This document shows, piece by piece, positions 8,746 to 17,241 of a stretch of 30,979 nt of DNA. Position numbers and translations under genes: made by a program. This DNA is from Salinarchaeum sp. (GTDB lineage Archaea; Halobacteriota; Halobacteria; Halobacteriales; Salinarchaeaceae), in the NCBI GenBank assembly GCA_041639835.1, contig JBEQBL010000001.1, positions 1 through 30,979 on the forward strand. The letters run 5' to 3'. The number at the start of each line of letters is the position of its first letter. Position 1 is the stretch's first letter. The notes beneath the pieces were generated by a model that was not told the origin of the DNA, made no database searches, and saw only the letters and a list, made by a program, of their open reading frames with translations.

Positions 8746-9545
8746 CACAGAACACACAGCCACTCCTGCGGACTGACGATCTTGTTGTCAGATATACTGG
8801 TGACGATGGGGTACAGGCACTCAATAGCGTCTCGGTAAGTTTCAACGAGCATCGACTCACGGCACTACTTGGTCCTTCCGGGTCCGGAAAATCAACGCTC
8901 TTGAAATCGTTAAACCGACTTCATGCACCTCAGCCAAATGTTGAGATTGATGGGGAAGTGTATCTACGTGGGGAACCGCTATATGATACGGACCGTCCAC
9001 TCCCGGAGATCCGACGACGGATTGGTTATGTGCCTCAGACTCCAACCCCGTTGCCAATGTCAATCTATGATAACGTCGCCTATGGCGTGAAACTTCATCA
9101 TGATCCTTCGCCCAGTGAACTGGATACTATCGTTGAACAGCGACTCCGAGAAGTTAATCTCTGGACAGAAGTCAATGACCGGCTTGAGACACCTGGCGCG
9201 GAGTTGTCGACCGGACAGATTCAGCGCCTCTGTCTGGCTCGCTCACTGGCTGTTGAGCCGGATGTGTTGCTCTGCGATGAGGTTACCTCTTCTCTTGATC
9301 CGGTTTCCTCAGAGACCGTTGAGGAGACGCTCATGGCGCTCTGTGATGAGTACACGATCATTATGATCACCCACAGTATGCAGCAGGCACAACGACTAGC
9401 AGACGATGTCATTTTCCTCTATCTTGGCGATGTGCTTGAGACAACAGATGCGGCGTCGTTTTTCGAGGGTCCCGAGGCCAAGCGAGCACAACGGTTCGTT
9501 GGCACTACCGGGCAACAGTCCTCACACGCCTCAACGGTCGATTAA
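8742..9545 (+). CDS. pstB: PstB-like ABC ATPase
   Basis: Walker A GPSGSGKS, signature LSTGQIQR, Walker B LLCDE, ITHS H-loop. ATGA overlap and GGAGG SD. Confidence 0.9.
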   Translation: MTQNTQPLLRTDDLVVRYTGDDGVQALNSVSVSFNEHRLTALLGPSGSGKSTLLKSLNRLHAPQPNVEIDGEVYLRGEPLYDTDRPLPEIRRRIGYVPQTPTPLPMSIYDNVAYGVKLHHDPSPSELDTIVEQRLREVNLWTEVNDRLETPGAELSTGQIQRLCLARSLAVEPDVLLCDEVTSSLDPVSSETVEETLMALCDEYTIIMITHSMQQAQRLADDVIFLYLGDVLETTDAASFFEGPEAKRAQRFVGTTGQQSSHASTVD

Positions 9546-9720
9546 CGGGGGGTTGTGTCTGCTGTTCTGAGGGTTATAGAAGGTGCGAGGCGAAAACCCA
9601 TCCCCAGCCGTGGGCAGCTCAATCTCTCACCAGCATACTCAGCTTCGTACTGGTCACGAGACGTCTTGCCGGCAGTTTTGGAGCCTTGTGTTGTATTCAC
9701 TGCATTGCAAATATGTATCA

Positions 9721-9739
9721 GTTCCCCACAGATGGGAAC
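9721..9739. promoter_or_regulatory. 19-bp palindromic operator B (GTTCCCC-ACAGA-TGGGAAC), 11 nt upstream of TATA-like TTTACATT (9751-9758)
   Basis: Same motif and same spacing as the site at 5664. Confidence 0.65.
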
Positions 9740-9780
9740 GGCATTCAACGTTTACATTAGAAAGCAGTGTATAGTACGCT

Positions 9781-9799
9781 GTTTCCCGGCAGGGGAAAC
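9781..9799. promoter_or_regulatory. Second 19-bp palindrome (GTTTCCC-GGCAG-GGGAAAC) at the predicted transcription start of the dsrEFH-like operon
   Basis: Perfect 7-bp arms (8 with the flanking T/A), exactly 60 bp downstream of operator B. Confidence 0.5.
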
Positions 9800-9813
9800 A
9801 TGGAGGCGTGAGT

Positions 9814-10188
9814 ATGGAGCTGTTAATATACCTTACCGAACCACCACATTCCAGCAGCAAACCGGTATCGGCACTCAAACTCGGCGAACAGGCACACGAC
9901 CGCGGTCATGAGGTCAAATATTTTCTTATGGATGATGGCGTCTACTGTATCAACGGTGACGTTGCAGTCGGTCGCTCGGGTGTTGATGTGCCCAGTCGAT
10001 TTCGGTCACTCATTGCGGATGGGGTAGAGGTAGCCGCCTGTGAGACGGCAGCTGATGAACGTGGCGTCAGCAGTCGGGAGCGAATGATTTCCGATGTTGA
10101 TATTGAGGGTGTCCAGTCACGAAGCCAATACAAGTGCGCACAGATGATCGATGACTGTGACAAAGTCGTCTCGTTTATTGGTCGATAA
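9814..10188 (+). CDS. dsrE: DsrE/TusD-like sulfurtransferase
   Basis: TEPPH, FLMDDGVY and CETAADERG (conserved active-site Cys position). GGAGG SD upstream. Confidence 0.8.
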   Translation: MELLIYLTEPPHSSSKPVSALKLGEQAHDRGHEVKYFLMDDGVYCINGDVAVGRSGVDVPSRFRSLIADGVEVAACETAADERGVSSRERMISDVDIEGVQSRSQYKCAQMIDDCDKVVSFIGR

Positions 10189-10190
10189 GT

Positions 10191-10544
10191 ATGGCGCAGG
10201 TGACGTATCTCATCTCCGAACCCCCATATGGAACCGAAACGGCTAGTGAAGCGATGCGATCGGCTGTCGGGCAAACTGTTGAGAATGATATTACCGTTAT
10301 TTTCGTCGGCAGTGGCGTTGAGTCAGCGCGTGCGCTCCATGCTGGTCATGAGGCCATTGCTGACACCGCTGGTGTAAAGGAACTTACTGAATACGTCAGT
10401 ACACTCGCTGATCTTGGATCGATTTACTATGAGCAACGCGCCCTGCGACAACGCGCGATTGATCCACCCGGGATTGGAACGCCAGCAACAGTCGATGAAA
10501 TTAATCGGATCGTAACCCAATCAAAGGCGACAATTACCTTCTAA
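10191..10544 (+). CDS. dsrF: DsrF/TusC-like protein
   Basis: SEPPYGTE.A.EAMR N-terminus, between dsrE-like and dsrH-like genes. Confidence 0.7.
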   Translation: MAQVTYLISEPPYGTETASEAMRSAVGQTVENDITVIFVGSGVESARALHAGHEAIADTAGVKELTEYVSTLADLGSIYYEQRALRQRAIDPPGIGTPATVDEINRIVTQSKATITF

Positions 10545-10546
10545 CC

Positions 10547-10783
10547 ATGCTATATACAATTAAAGATCCCCATGTGGACGCTATTGTTCCGGAATTGATT
10601 GATGCCACGGACACCGTCCTGTTGATGAACGACGGCGTCTTAATCGAGCGATCCTTCGCCGGTGATGTCTATGCCATTGAGGAAGACTGCCGTCTCCGTG
10701 GTATCACGCAGCGACCAACGGTCGATTATACTGGAGCCGTTGATCTCATTGCCGATGCTGAGGCCGTAGTCAACTGGCGCTAG
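10547..10783 (+). CDS. dsrH: DsrH/TusB-like protein
   Basis: VLLMNDGV, VYAIEEDCRLRG and VDYTGAVDLI motifs, 78 aa. Confidence 0.75.
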   Translation: MLYTIKDPHVDAIVPELIDATDTVLLMNDGVLIERSFAGDVYAIEEDCRLRGITQRPTVDYTGAVDLIADAEAVVNWR

Positions 10784-10952
10784 ACTCACTGTTGGTCTGC
10801 TCTTCGGTTTTTGTGATCTCCAGCAGGTTGGCATCCTGTAACTAGTCCCCTGCTTTCAAGCAAAGACTGTCGACATACCAGTTGCTAGCATGTGATTTAG
10901 CGGTCCCCGGGTGCGGAATTAAGCCTCCCAGTGAACAGGTTCCACGCGGAGG

Positions 10953-13900
10953 TTAGTCGTTGTCAGTGTGGGCAGTTCGAGTTTCGGTATCCCATCGCTG
11001 TGGCCGTCCAACTGGTCCATCAACGTACCAGGCATCATCTTCACCTGGATCGGTTGTCGGCTTAATTGGGCGTTTGAGCCATTTCGGCCGTCGAAGTCCG
11101 TTTGGCCCGGGCGCTGGATTGGTCTTTTCAAGCCATTCGCGGTAGATCTCAAAGGACTGGTCGGTGTCAACAAAGACATCGCCATACGCGTCATCTTCCC
11201 GGGCCGGGGTCACCGTTACCTGCTGGTGCCAGCAGTGCATTCCGGAGATTGGATCTGGATGTGGAGCGTGGGTCAGGTTCTGCGGAACGCCGCCGCTTTC
11301 CCACCACACGCGTTCACTATCGGGATCGGTCTTACTTTCAAACGGCGTGATGCCCTCTGTCTGTCGGATGCCCCATTTATGCCCGTCACTCGTCAAGTCA
11401 ACGGAGACTTTTCCGTATGGATCGCCTCCCTCTTCAATTTCTGAGTCAGGGTCCTCATCACGGTCAATTTTCCACTGACCCATATGATGAGACATTGCCA
11501 CAATTCCGGGCTTGATTGATTCGGTGACCCATACTTCATTTACGAAATACCCAATTTCCGTCTCGACACGACAGAGATTGCCTGTGTCTAATCCAAGTCG
11601 CTTGGCGTCTTTTGTGTGAATCCACACCGGATTGTTATGTGAAATCTCCTCAAGATATTTTGCATTTGAGGACCGTGAGTGAATGTGTGTTGGCAACCGG
11701 AACGTCGGCACAAGAACCATCTCACCGTTCTCGTAATCGATATTTTCCGGATGGACGTGCGATTTAATATAGTGTGGCAGTGTATACTGCTCATCCTCCC
11801 AGCCCCACTCGGCCATGGTTTTGGAGTAAAACTGCTGTTTACCTGTTGGGGTTGGGAATCCACGTTTTGGTTCGCCGTCAACCATAACCCCAAGTACATC
11901 TGAGCCATCGGACTCGGAGTGCAACCGATTCTGCTGTGTTGTTCCCCCATCCTGTAATGCTGTGTCAACAGTCGGATCACCTCGAGTTGTGACTGAACGA
12001 TCTGTCCGCCGACGGATGGTCCCATACTCGTCGACAACGACATCCTCATCATCCAGAATTGATGGATCAAGCGACTCCTCATGGAGCGTGTAATCGTTCT
12101 TGGAGGCTTCGAAAGCCCCGTATCGTTTCATATACTCAAGTGGCTCCATGCCGGCATCAGCAGCGACCGCCTGGAGTTGCTCATCGTGCTCAAAGATGTA
12201 CCGGTAGTACTCATCAACTGACATTCGTCGTGGCGGTTCATCATCTTCCTGATATGGACTCTCGAAGTGCTCCCGAATGCCAAGACTACCATCCTCATCA
12301 AGCCGCCACGATAACTCAAGCCAGAATTCGTCCTCTTCCCAGACCTCGCCAGGATTAACCTCATACGTGTGATCGATATCCTCGCCTTCGCGTTCAGCAT
12401 ATCGACGATGGACCGGCTGTCGGAAGGTCACCCAGGTCCCAGCATGCGTTTCTGAACTTTGAAGATCGTGTCGTTCGGGACTATGGCCCATCGGCAGGAC
12501 ATAATCAGCGAAGTATGCTGTTTCGTTCCACGTCGGCGTCAACGCCACATGCAAGCCGACTTTGTCGGGGTCTTGGAGCACCTCAATCCACGAGAATCCA
12601 TCAGGGTATGTGTATACTGGATTAAACACACGCGTGAAATACACCGAAAGTTTTCCACGTCCTTCTTTGAGGAAATACGGCAGCAGCTGGCTCATCTCAT
12701 AGTGTGCAAACGGATATTCATCAGGCAGTTGCAGTTGATCCCAGAGTTTCTGTTGTGGCGGTTCACGCGGGACCTCGGGGTCGTACTTATGCCAGCTGTT
12801 GGGGGCAGTTCCCCCCTTTGTGCCCACGCTACCGGTAAGAACGGACAGGAAGTGTAACGTTCGAGAGACCTGCCAGCCGCCTTCATTCCCGGACGCAGCT
12901 GACCGCCAGATATGACTGGCGTATCTGGGTGCCGCATGGCCGATCTTTTTACCAACCTTCCGAATCGTTGACGCCTCGACACCACTTTCGGCGGCGGCAT
13001 ACTCCGGGGTAAACGTGCTGTAAATATCTTCCTGCAGGATATCGATATATGCCTCAAGATCGTGGCCAATATCAGGATATTCCTCGTCAAGGAACTGCTC
13101 CCAGTTTGTCCACTGGCGGATAAACTCAGCGTCATACAGCCCTTCATCAAGTAGCACCTTTGCCATGGCTAACAGCACAGCCGCCTCACTGCCAGGTTGG
13201 GTTGGCATCCAGTAATCAGCGACAGCAGCCGTATTCGAGAGTCGGGGATCCATTACTGCTAGTTCACCTCCCTCGTCCATGCTATCTAAGATCCGCTGGG
13301 CGTGTGGATTGAAGTAATGGCCCGACTCAAGTTGCGCTGACAACAGCAAAATAAAATCGGCATTGCTATAATCAGCACTTGGGCGATCATACTTATGCCA
13401 AAGCGCATAGCCAGCACGGGCCCCGGAACTACAAATATTGGTGTGTGAATTATGTCCATCAATGCCCCATCCATTGATTGTTCGGTCCATTGACCCATCA
13501 TAACCGGGACGACCAACATGATACGTGATCTCATTCTCACGTCCATCCTGAATTGTCTCGCGCATCTCTCCGGCGATTGCGTTTAATGCCTCATCCCAGG
13601 ACACACGTGTCCACTCACCACTCCCACGGGGTCCATCACGTTTGAGTGGGTATTTGATCCGCTTGGGGTCGTTGATTTGATTGATTGTAGCGACCCCTTT
13701 CGCACAGTTGCGTCCTCGACTTCCGGGGTGCTCGGGATTGCCCTCCAGTTTTTGAATCTCACCACTATCCTTGTCAATATATGCTAGTAATCCACAGCCA
13801 GCCTCACAGTTGAAACAGGCTGTAGGCACAACCGAGTATTCCGTCGGATCACCCGTCGCATCGTACTCAACCCAATGGTCCCACGCTGTTGGATCCGGAT

Positions 13901-14036
13901 ATGCATCCAGCGCACTCGCTGTGGTGTCGCCGTCGGTTCGACGCTGTTGGGTCGCTGTTTGGTCGGTGCGATTCGAGAGGATACCAAGACGTTCGGCAAG
14001 CCGTTCGATCCGGCTTGGTTCAAATTTGTTTCCCAT
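10953..14036 (-). CDS. Molybdopterin (DMSO-reductase family) oxidoreductase catalytic subunit, Psr/Phs/Sre/Soe-like, no Tat signal
   Basis: N-terminal 4Fe-4S motif CFNCEAGC...CAKG, SWDEAL, candidate Mo-ligand Cys in SHTNICSS, DPRLSNTA, and a C-terminal dinucleotide-binding domain (VWIHTKDAKRLGL). Confidence 0.9.
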   Translation of the reverse strand: MGNKFEPSRIERLAERLGILSNRTDQTATQQRRTDGDTTASALDAYPDPTAWDHWVEYDATGDPTEYSVVPTACFNCEAGCGLLAYIDKDSGEIQKLEGNPEHPGSRGRNCAKGVATINQINDPKRIKYPLKRDGPRGSGEWTRVSWDEALNAIAGEMRETIQDGRENEITYHVGRPGYDGSMDRTINGWGIDGHNSHTNICSSGARAGYALWHKYDRPSADYSNADFILLLSAQLESGHYFNPHAQRILDSMDEGGELAVMDPRLSNTAAVADYWMPTQPGSEAAVLLAMAKVLLDEGLYDAEFIRQWTNWEQFLDEEYPDIGHDLEAYIDILQEDIYSTFTPEYAAAESGVEASTIRKVGKKIGHAAPRYASHIWRSAASGNEGGWQVSRTLHFLSVLTGSVGTKGGTAPNSWHKYDPEVPREPPQQKLWDQLQLPDEYPFAHYEMSQLLPYFLKEGRGKLSVYFTRVFNPVYTYPDGFSWIEVLQDPDKVGLHVALTPTWNETAYFADYVLPMGHSPERHDLQSSETHAGTWVTFRQPVHRRYAEREGEDIDHTYEVNPGEVWEEDEFWLELSWRLDEDGSLGIREHFESPYQEDDEPPRRMSVDEYYRYIFEHDEQLQAVAADAGMEPLEYMKRYGAFEASKNDYTLHEESLDPSILDDEDVVVDEYGTIRRRTDRSVTTRGDPTVDTALQDGGTTQQNRLHSESDGSDVLGVMVDGEPKRGFPTPTGKQQFYSKTMAEWGWEDEQYTLPHYIKSHVHPENIDYENGEMVLVPTFRLPTHIHSRSSNAKYLEEISHNNPVWIHTKDAKRLGLDTGNLCRVETEIGYFVNEVWVTESIKPGIVAMSHHMGQWKIDRDEDPDSEIEEGGDPYGKVSVDLTSDGHKWGIRQTEGITPFESKTDPDSERVWWESGGVPQNLTHAPHPDPISGMHCWHQQVTVTPAREDDAYGDVFVDTDQSFEIYREWLEKTNPAPGPNGLRRPKWLKRPIKPTTDPGEDDAWYVDGPVGRPQRWDTETRTAHTDND

Positions 14037-14038
14037 AG

Positions 14039-15796
14039 TTAGGCCATGGAGATGGTTTGGGGGGCAATGATCAGACTATACTCGTAGGCGAATAGACCGA
14101 GTAACGCAAACACGCCGGCAGCAGCCACGGCGATCGCTGCACCGGTTCCGACCAGCATGACAATCGGCAAGACCATGCCGACAAGGACACCACCGCCCCA
14201 GAAGGCGGTTCGAAATCGACCACGAAGGATTCGCTGTGCAGCCTCCTCAGCATCCTCGGTCTGATGTGCTCCGGTCAACTCGGGCACGGCAAAGGCAGCA
14301 TGGCCAACTACCGCCCCAGCAAGCACAATCCGTGCTGGACCGGTGACTTCGGTAACGCCAAGACTGCCTGCAATGGCCAGCAGCGTCGCTCCGGCGAGTA
14401 CCGCTTGGACAAACAGATGGGCGGCCATCCCTGGGCTTTGCCAGAGATCACGGCCCTTGGCCTGTCCAAGCAGAAAGGCGGTATAGACGGCAGTTGCGGT
14501 TCCGAGACTGGCGCCACCGCCGAGGACTACCGGATGCGTGAGCGACTCAACGCCAAGTAGCCAGCCCAAGACAATTGCTCCTAAGGCGGCGCCGTAGGCA
14601 GAAATGACATATGCGCCTTTCGCGAGCCACGAACTCCAGTTTGGTCGGGTCATCACCCAGTGGAATCGAGTTGGCTTGGTGAGCTTCCCAATGAGCAAAC
14701 CACCGGTAATCCCCAAAAAGCCCAGCCCAACCAACGCACTGGCTCCAAGAAGCGTCTGATTGGGGGCAATACCAAGTGCTGACTCAGGAGCCACTAAGCC
14801 AATAAGCATCAACAACGCCGGGACAATCAACGCACCGGTCGCGATTGACTTTGTCCAGGTATACGTGTATACCTCCCAGCCCCAGCTTCTGGCATGATCC
14901 TGTCCAATATCGTAGACTCGCTCGGCCTCTGTGTGTAATAACTCATAGGCCCGCTTTGTAGCTGACTGTGTTGTTGATGTCGTCTCCTGCTCCGGGACCC
15001 CAGCTGTTGTGGCCCCGCCGGATCGCTGGTACCCACCATCTGAGCGGACTGGGTCGCTTGCTGCTGTTTCGCCGGTATCCGGAGTAACCGTTCCAAGATC
15101 CACATCGGAGTCAGCAAGTGACTCCGCAGCAGCATCCAAGTCAAAGTCGTCGACTGCTGGCCCATGTGTTTCGACCCGTGAGGGGGCGTCACTCCACAAA
15201 TAATGGTCCTGTCGTGCCGTTGATCCCGGAATTAGACTGGCTTCATCACCGTTGATGTATGAGAGACTAGGGTCAGTGCCCTTCTCCGGTTTTCGAACCT
15301 GTAGTTCATGCTCGCTCATGACCGTCGAAATTGTTGACTCCGGATCATCCATATCACCGGCGATGATCGCATCCTCCGGACACGCATTGACACATGCCGG
15401 TTGACGCCCCGAGTCGACACGGTGAGCGCAGTAATTGCACTTCGCTGCCGTCTCGGTCTCCGGATCGATATGGATGGAGTCGTACGGACAGGCCTGCATG
15501 CAGGATTTACATCCAATGCAGCGGTCCGGATCAAAGTCGACAATGCCATCCTCACGTTCAAACAGCGCGTTGACCGGGCAGATCTCGGTACACGGTGAAT
15601 CATTACAGTGATTACACCGGATGACCGAAAATTTCCGACTTGTGTGTGGGTAGTCTCCCTTTTCGATATACTTGACCCATGTCTTGTTCGTGCCCAGTGC
15701 ATCGTCATGCTCGGCTTTACAGGCGACGGTGCAGGAGTGACAGCCGATACACCTGCGGTTATCGATGACAAACCCGTAGTTTGTGATGCTCCACAC
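14039..15796 (-). CDS. Fused 4x[4Fe-4S] electron-transfer subunit plus NrfD/PsrC membrane anchor
   Basis: Four ferredoxin motifs (CIGCHSC, CNHCNDSPC, CIGCKSC, CNYC), a long acidic linker, then a hydrophobic NrfD domain starting WGWEVYTYTWTKSIATG. The start codon is ambiguous (see findings). Confidence 0.88.
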   Translation of the reverse strand: MWSITNYGFVIDNRRCIGCHSCTVACKAEHDDALGTNKTWVKYIEKGDYPHTSRKFSVIRCNHCNDSPCTEICPVNALFEREDGIVDFDPDRCIGCKSCMQACPYDSIHIDPETETAAKCNYCAHRVDSGRQPACVNACPEDAIIAGDMDDPESTISTVMSEHELQVRKPEKGTDPSLSYINGDEASLIPGSTARQDHYLWSDAPSRVETHGPAVDDFDLDAAAESLADSDVDLGTVTPDTGETAASDPVRSDGGYQRSGGATTAGVPEQETTSTTQSATKRAYELLHTEAERVYDIGQDHARSWGWEVYTYTWTKSIATGALIVPALLMLIGLVAPESALGIAPNQTLLGASALVGLGFLGITGGLLIGKLTKPTRFHWVMTRPNWSSWLAKGAYVISAYGAALGAIVLGWLLGVESLTHPVVLGGGASLGTATAVYTAFLLGQAKGRDLWQSPGMAAHLFVQAVLAGATLLAIAGSLGVTEVTGPARIVLAGAVVGHAAFAVPELTGAHQTEDAEEAAQRILRGRFRTAFWGGGVLVGMVLPIVMLVGTGAAIAVAAAGVFALLGLFAYEYSLIIAPQTISMA

Positions 15797-16013
15797 CTCC
15801 GTTTGGGGGTATGGACCAAATATTTCTATACTATCACTTAATGGTTAGGTGGGCGGAAAGAGCGACCTCAAGTTTCACCCTGTCCACAAGTCAGGTAACA
15901 ACAGGACGCTGGTGCTCGCCGGTTATCGTCGTTCTTTACAACACTAATGCTGTAAGCAACAACAACCGACACGGCGAGTAACTTTAGCCGCTTGGGATGT
16001 GGTAATAGTGTGT

Positions 16014-16478
16014 ATGGCTCATTCACCAGACCTGTGCCCGGAGGCCAGACACCTCTTTGACGGCTCCCCACAGGTAGTCCGGGTCGCACTGGCGATTGAA
16101 ACAACGATACACGATGTTTCCCCAACCGGTGATGAGGAACTTGCATTAGCACTTGGTCGTGTCCGAGTCGATGGGGCCCCACCGCCATCGGAGGTGCCAA
16201 CATTTGTGTCCGTAACTGATAGGACAATCACAACCGATAATCCACCGTACCTTCGAGGAGAATGGACTGTTGATCCTGGCGAGACACTGCAGGTGACGGG
16301 ACAGCTGGATTCCGAACTGGAGTTGTTAATCGACCCTCCCGTCACAGTCTCGTTTAGTGGCGCTCCATCGTCAGTTATCGAAACGATTGAACGCACACTT
16401 GCAGACATCTACCGCACTCGCGGACGATATCTTGAGCAGATCGATGCCGATGTTGCCACTCCACGCGTGGACGACTAA
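16014..16478 (+). CDS. Hypothetical protein (154 aa)
   Basis: Acidic ORF filling the gap between the Mo-enzyme and shdr operons; family not recognised. Confidence 0.6.
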   Translation: MAHSPDLCPEARHLFDGSPQVVRVALAIETTIHDVSPTGDEELALALGRVRVDGAPPPSEVPTFVSVTDRTITTDNPPYLRGEWTVDPGETLQVTGQLDSELELLIDPPVTVSFSGAPSSVIETIERTLADIYRTRGRYLEQIDADVATPRVDD

Positions 16479-16765
16479 TTGGCCCGTATTTCACTCAGGT
16501 GATACAGGAGCTGATCAAACGCAATCATGGTCAGTTCCTCTTCGTATGACTCAACAAGCCGGGCTGCATCTGCCTGTGGCCGTGTAATGTGTTCGCTAAA
16601 CTGCTCTTCTGCACACTCCGGGCAATTCAGTGTAAACTGTACCGCGTTGCCGGTGTCCGTGTCTATAATTGATAGTGTTAGTTCGGACCGATGGTCCTCG
16701 AACAGATGCTCATGCATCGCTTGCCGGGGCTTTTCCACTGGACAGTATGGGCACGACAGCGTCAT
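16475..16765 (-). CDS. Small zinc-finger-like protein (CPYC...HxxxxH...CPEC), last gene of the shdr operon
   Basis: Two CPxC motifs, His pair, C-terminal IAFDQLLYHL. 2-nt gap to the previous gene. Confidence 0.75.
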   Translation of the reverse strand: MTLSCPYCPVEKPRQAMHEHLFEDHRSELTLSIIDTDTGNAVQFTLNCPECAEEQFSEHITRPQADAARLVESYEEELTMIAFDQLLYHLSEIRAN

Positions 16766-16767
16766 GG

Positions 16768-17235
16768 TTAGAGCTTGAACTGATACTCAACCTCGTGTTT
16801 GTGTTCCGTGGCAAGTTCTTCAACTCCTGCCTGAAGTTCCTGGATGGCAAGTTGATGAGCACTGAGCCGTTCCCGAACTGTTTCAATATCGTCCTGTTGT
16901 TCTTGTGTGATTCGCTGAACTGTCGTCTGCACTCGTTCAAGCCTCTCCTCAAGTCGTTCGAACAACGTCGCAAGTGGCAGGGTTTCCCCATCAATAGTGA
17001 CCACCGGCTGCTCATCTTCGACCGTTACCGTTGGTCCCGTTGTTCCAGCCAAGTCGCCGATGGTCAGATCATGAACCGTCTCCGCGATGGCCATCTCGTA
17101 TGCATCCCCGATACAGTCCTGATGCTCCTGATCGTCGACAGCATCAATATGATCGCTGACAGCAGCAACTGTCGTAAACAGTCGGCCATCAGTGTCGGCA
17201 AACCGGCCACACAGTGGGCACGTATATACCTGCAT
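16768..17235 (-). CDS. CPxCG zinc-finger plus coiled-coil protein
   Basis: CPLCG...HI...D..H N-terminus and heptad-rich acidic C-terminus. 6 nt downstream of shdrB3. Confidence 0.7.
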   Translation of the reverse strand: MQVYTCPLCGRFADTDGRLFTTVAAVSDHIDAVDDQEHQDCIGDAYEMAIAETVHDLTIGDLAGTTGPTVTVEDEQPVVTIDGETLPLATLFERLEERLERVQTTVQRITQEQQDDIETVRERLSAHQLAIQELQAGVEELATEHKHEVEYQFKL

Positions 17236-17241
17236 CGTTGA

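Noticed and set aside
10968-13150. Numerous antisense or alternate-frame ORFs within the Mo-enzyme gene (and similarly within shdr, EMO and thiolase genes)
   Set aside because: Shadow ORFs of long real genes, with no motifs and non-halophilic composition.
13937-14036. RR pair (QQRRTDG) in the Mo-enzyme N-terminus as a Tat signal
   Set aside because: No S/T-R-R-x-F-L context and no following hydrophobic h-region.
10953-14036. Formate dehydrogenase or nitrate reductase label for the Mo enzyme
   Set aside because: Lacks the FDH (C/U)-H ligand motif and shows no Nar-type features. The Cys context and NrfD partner fit the Psr/Sre/Soe-like group better.
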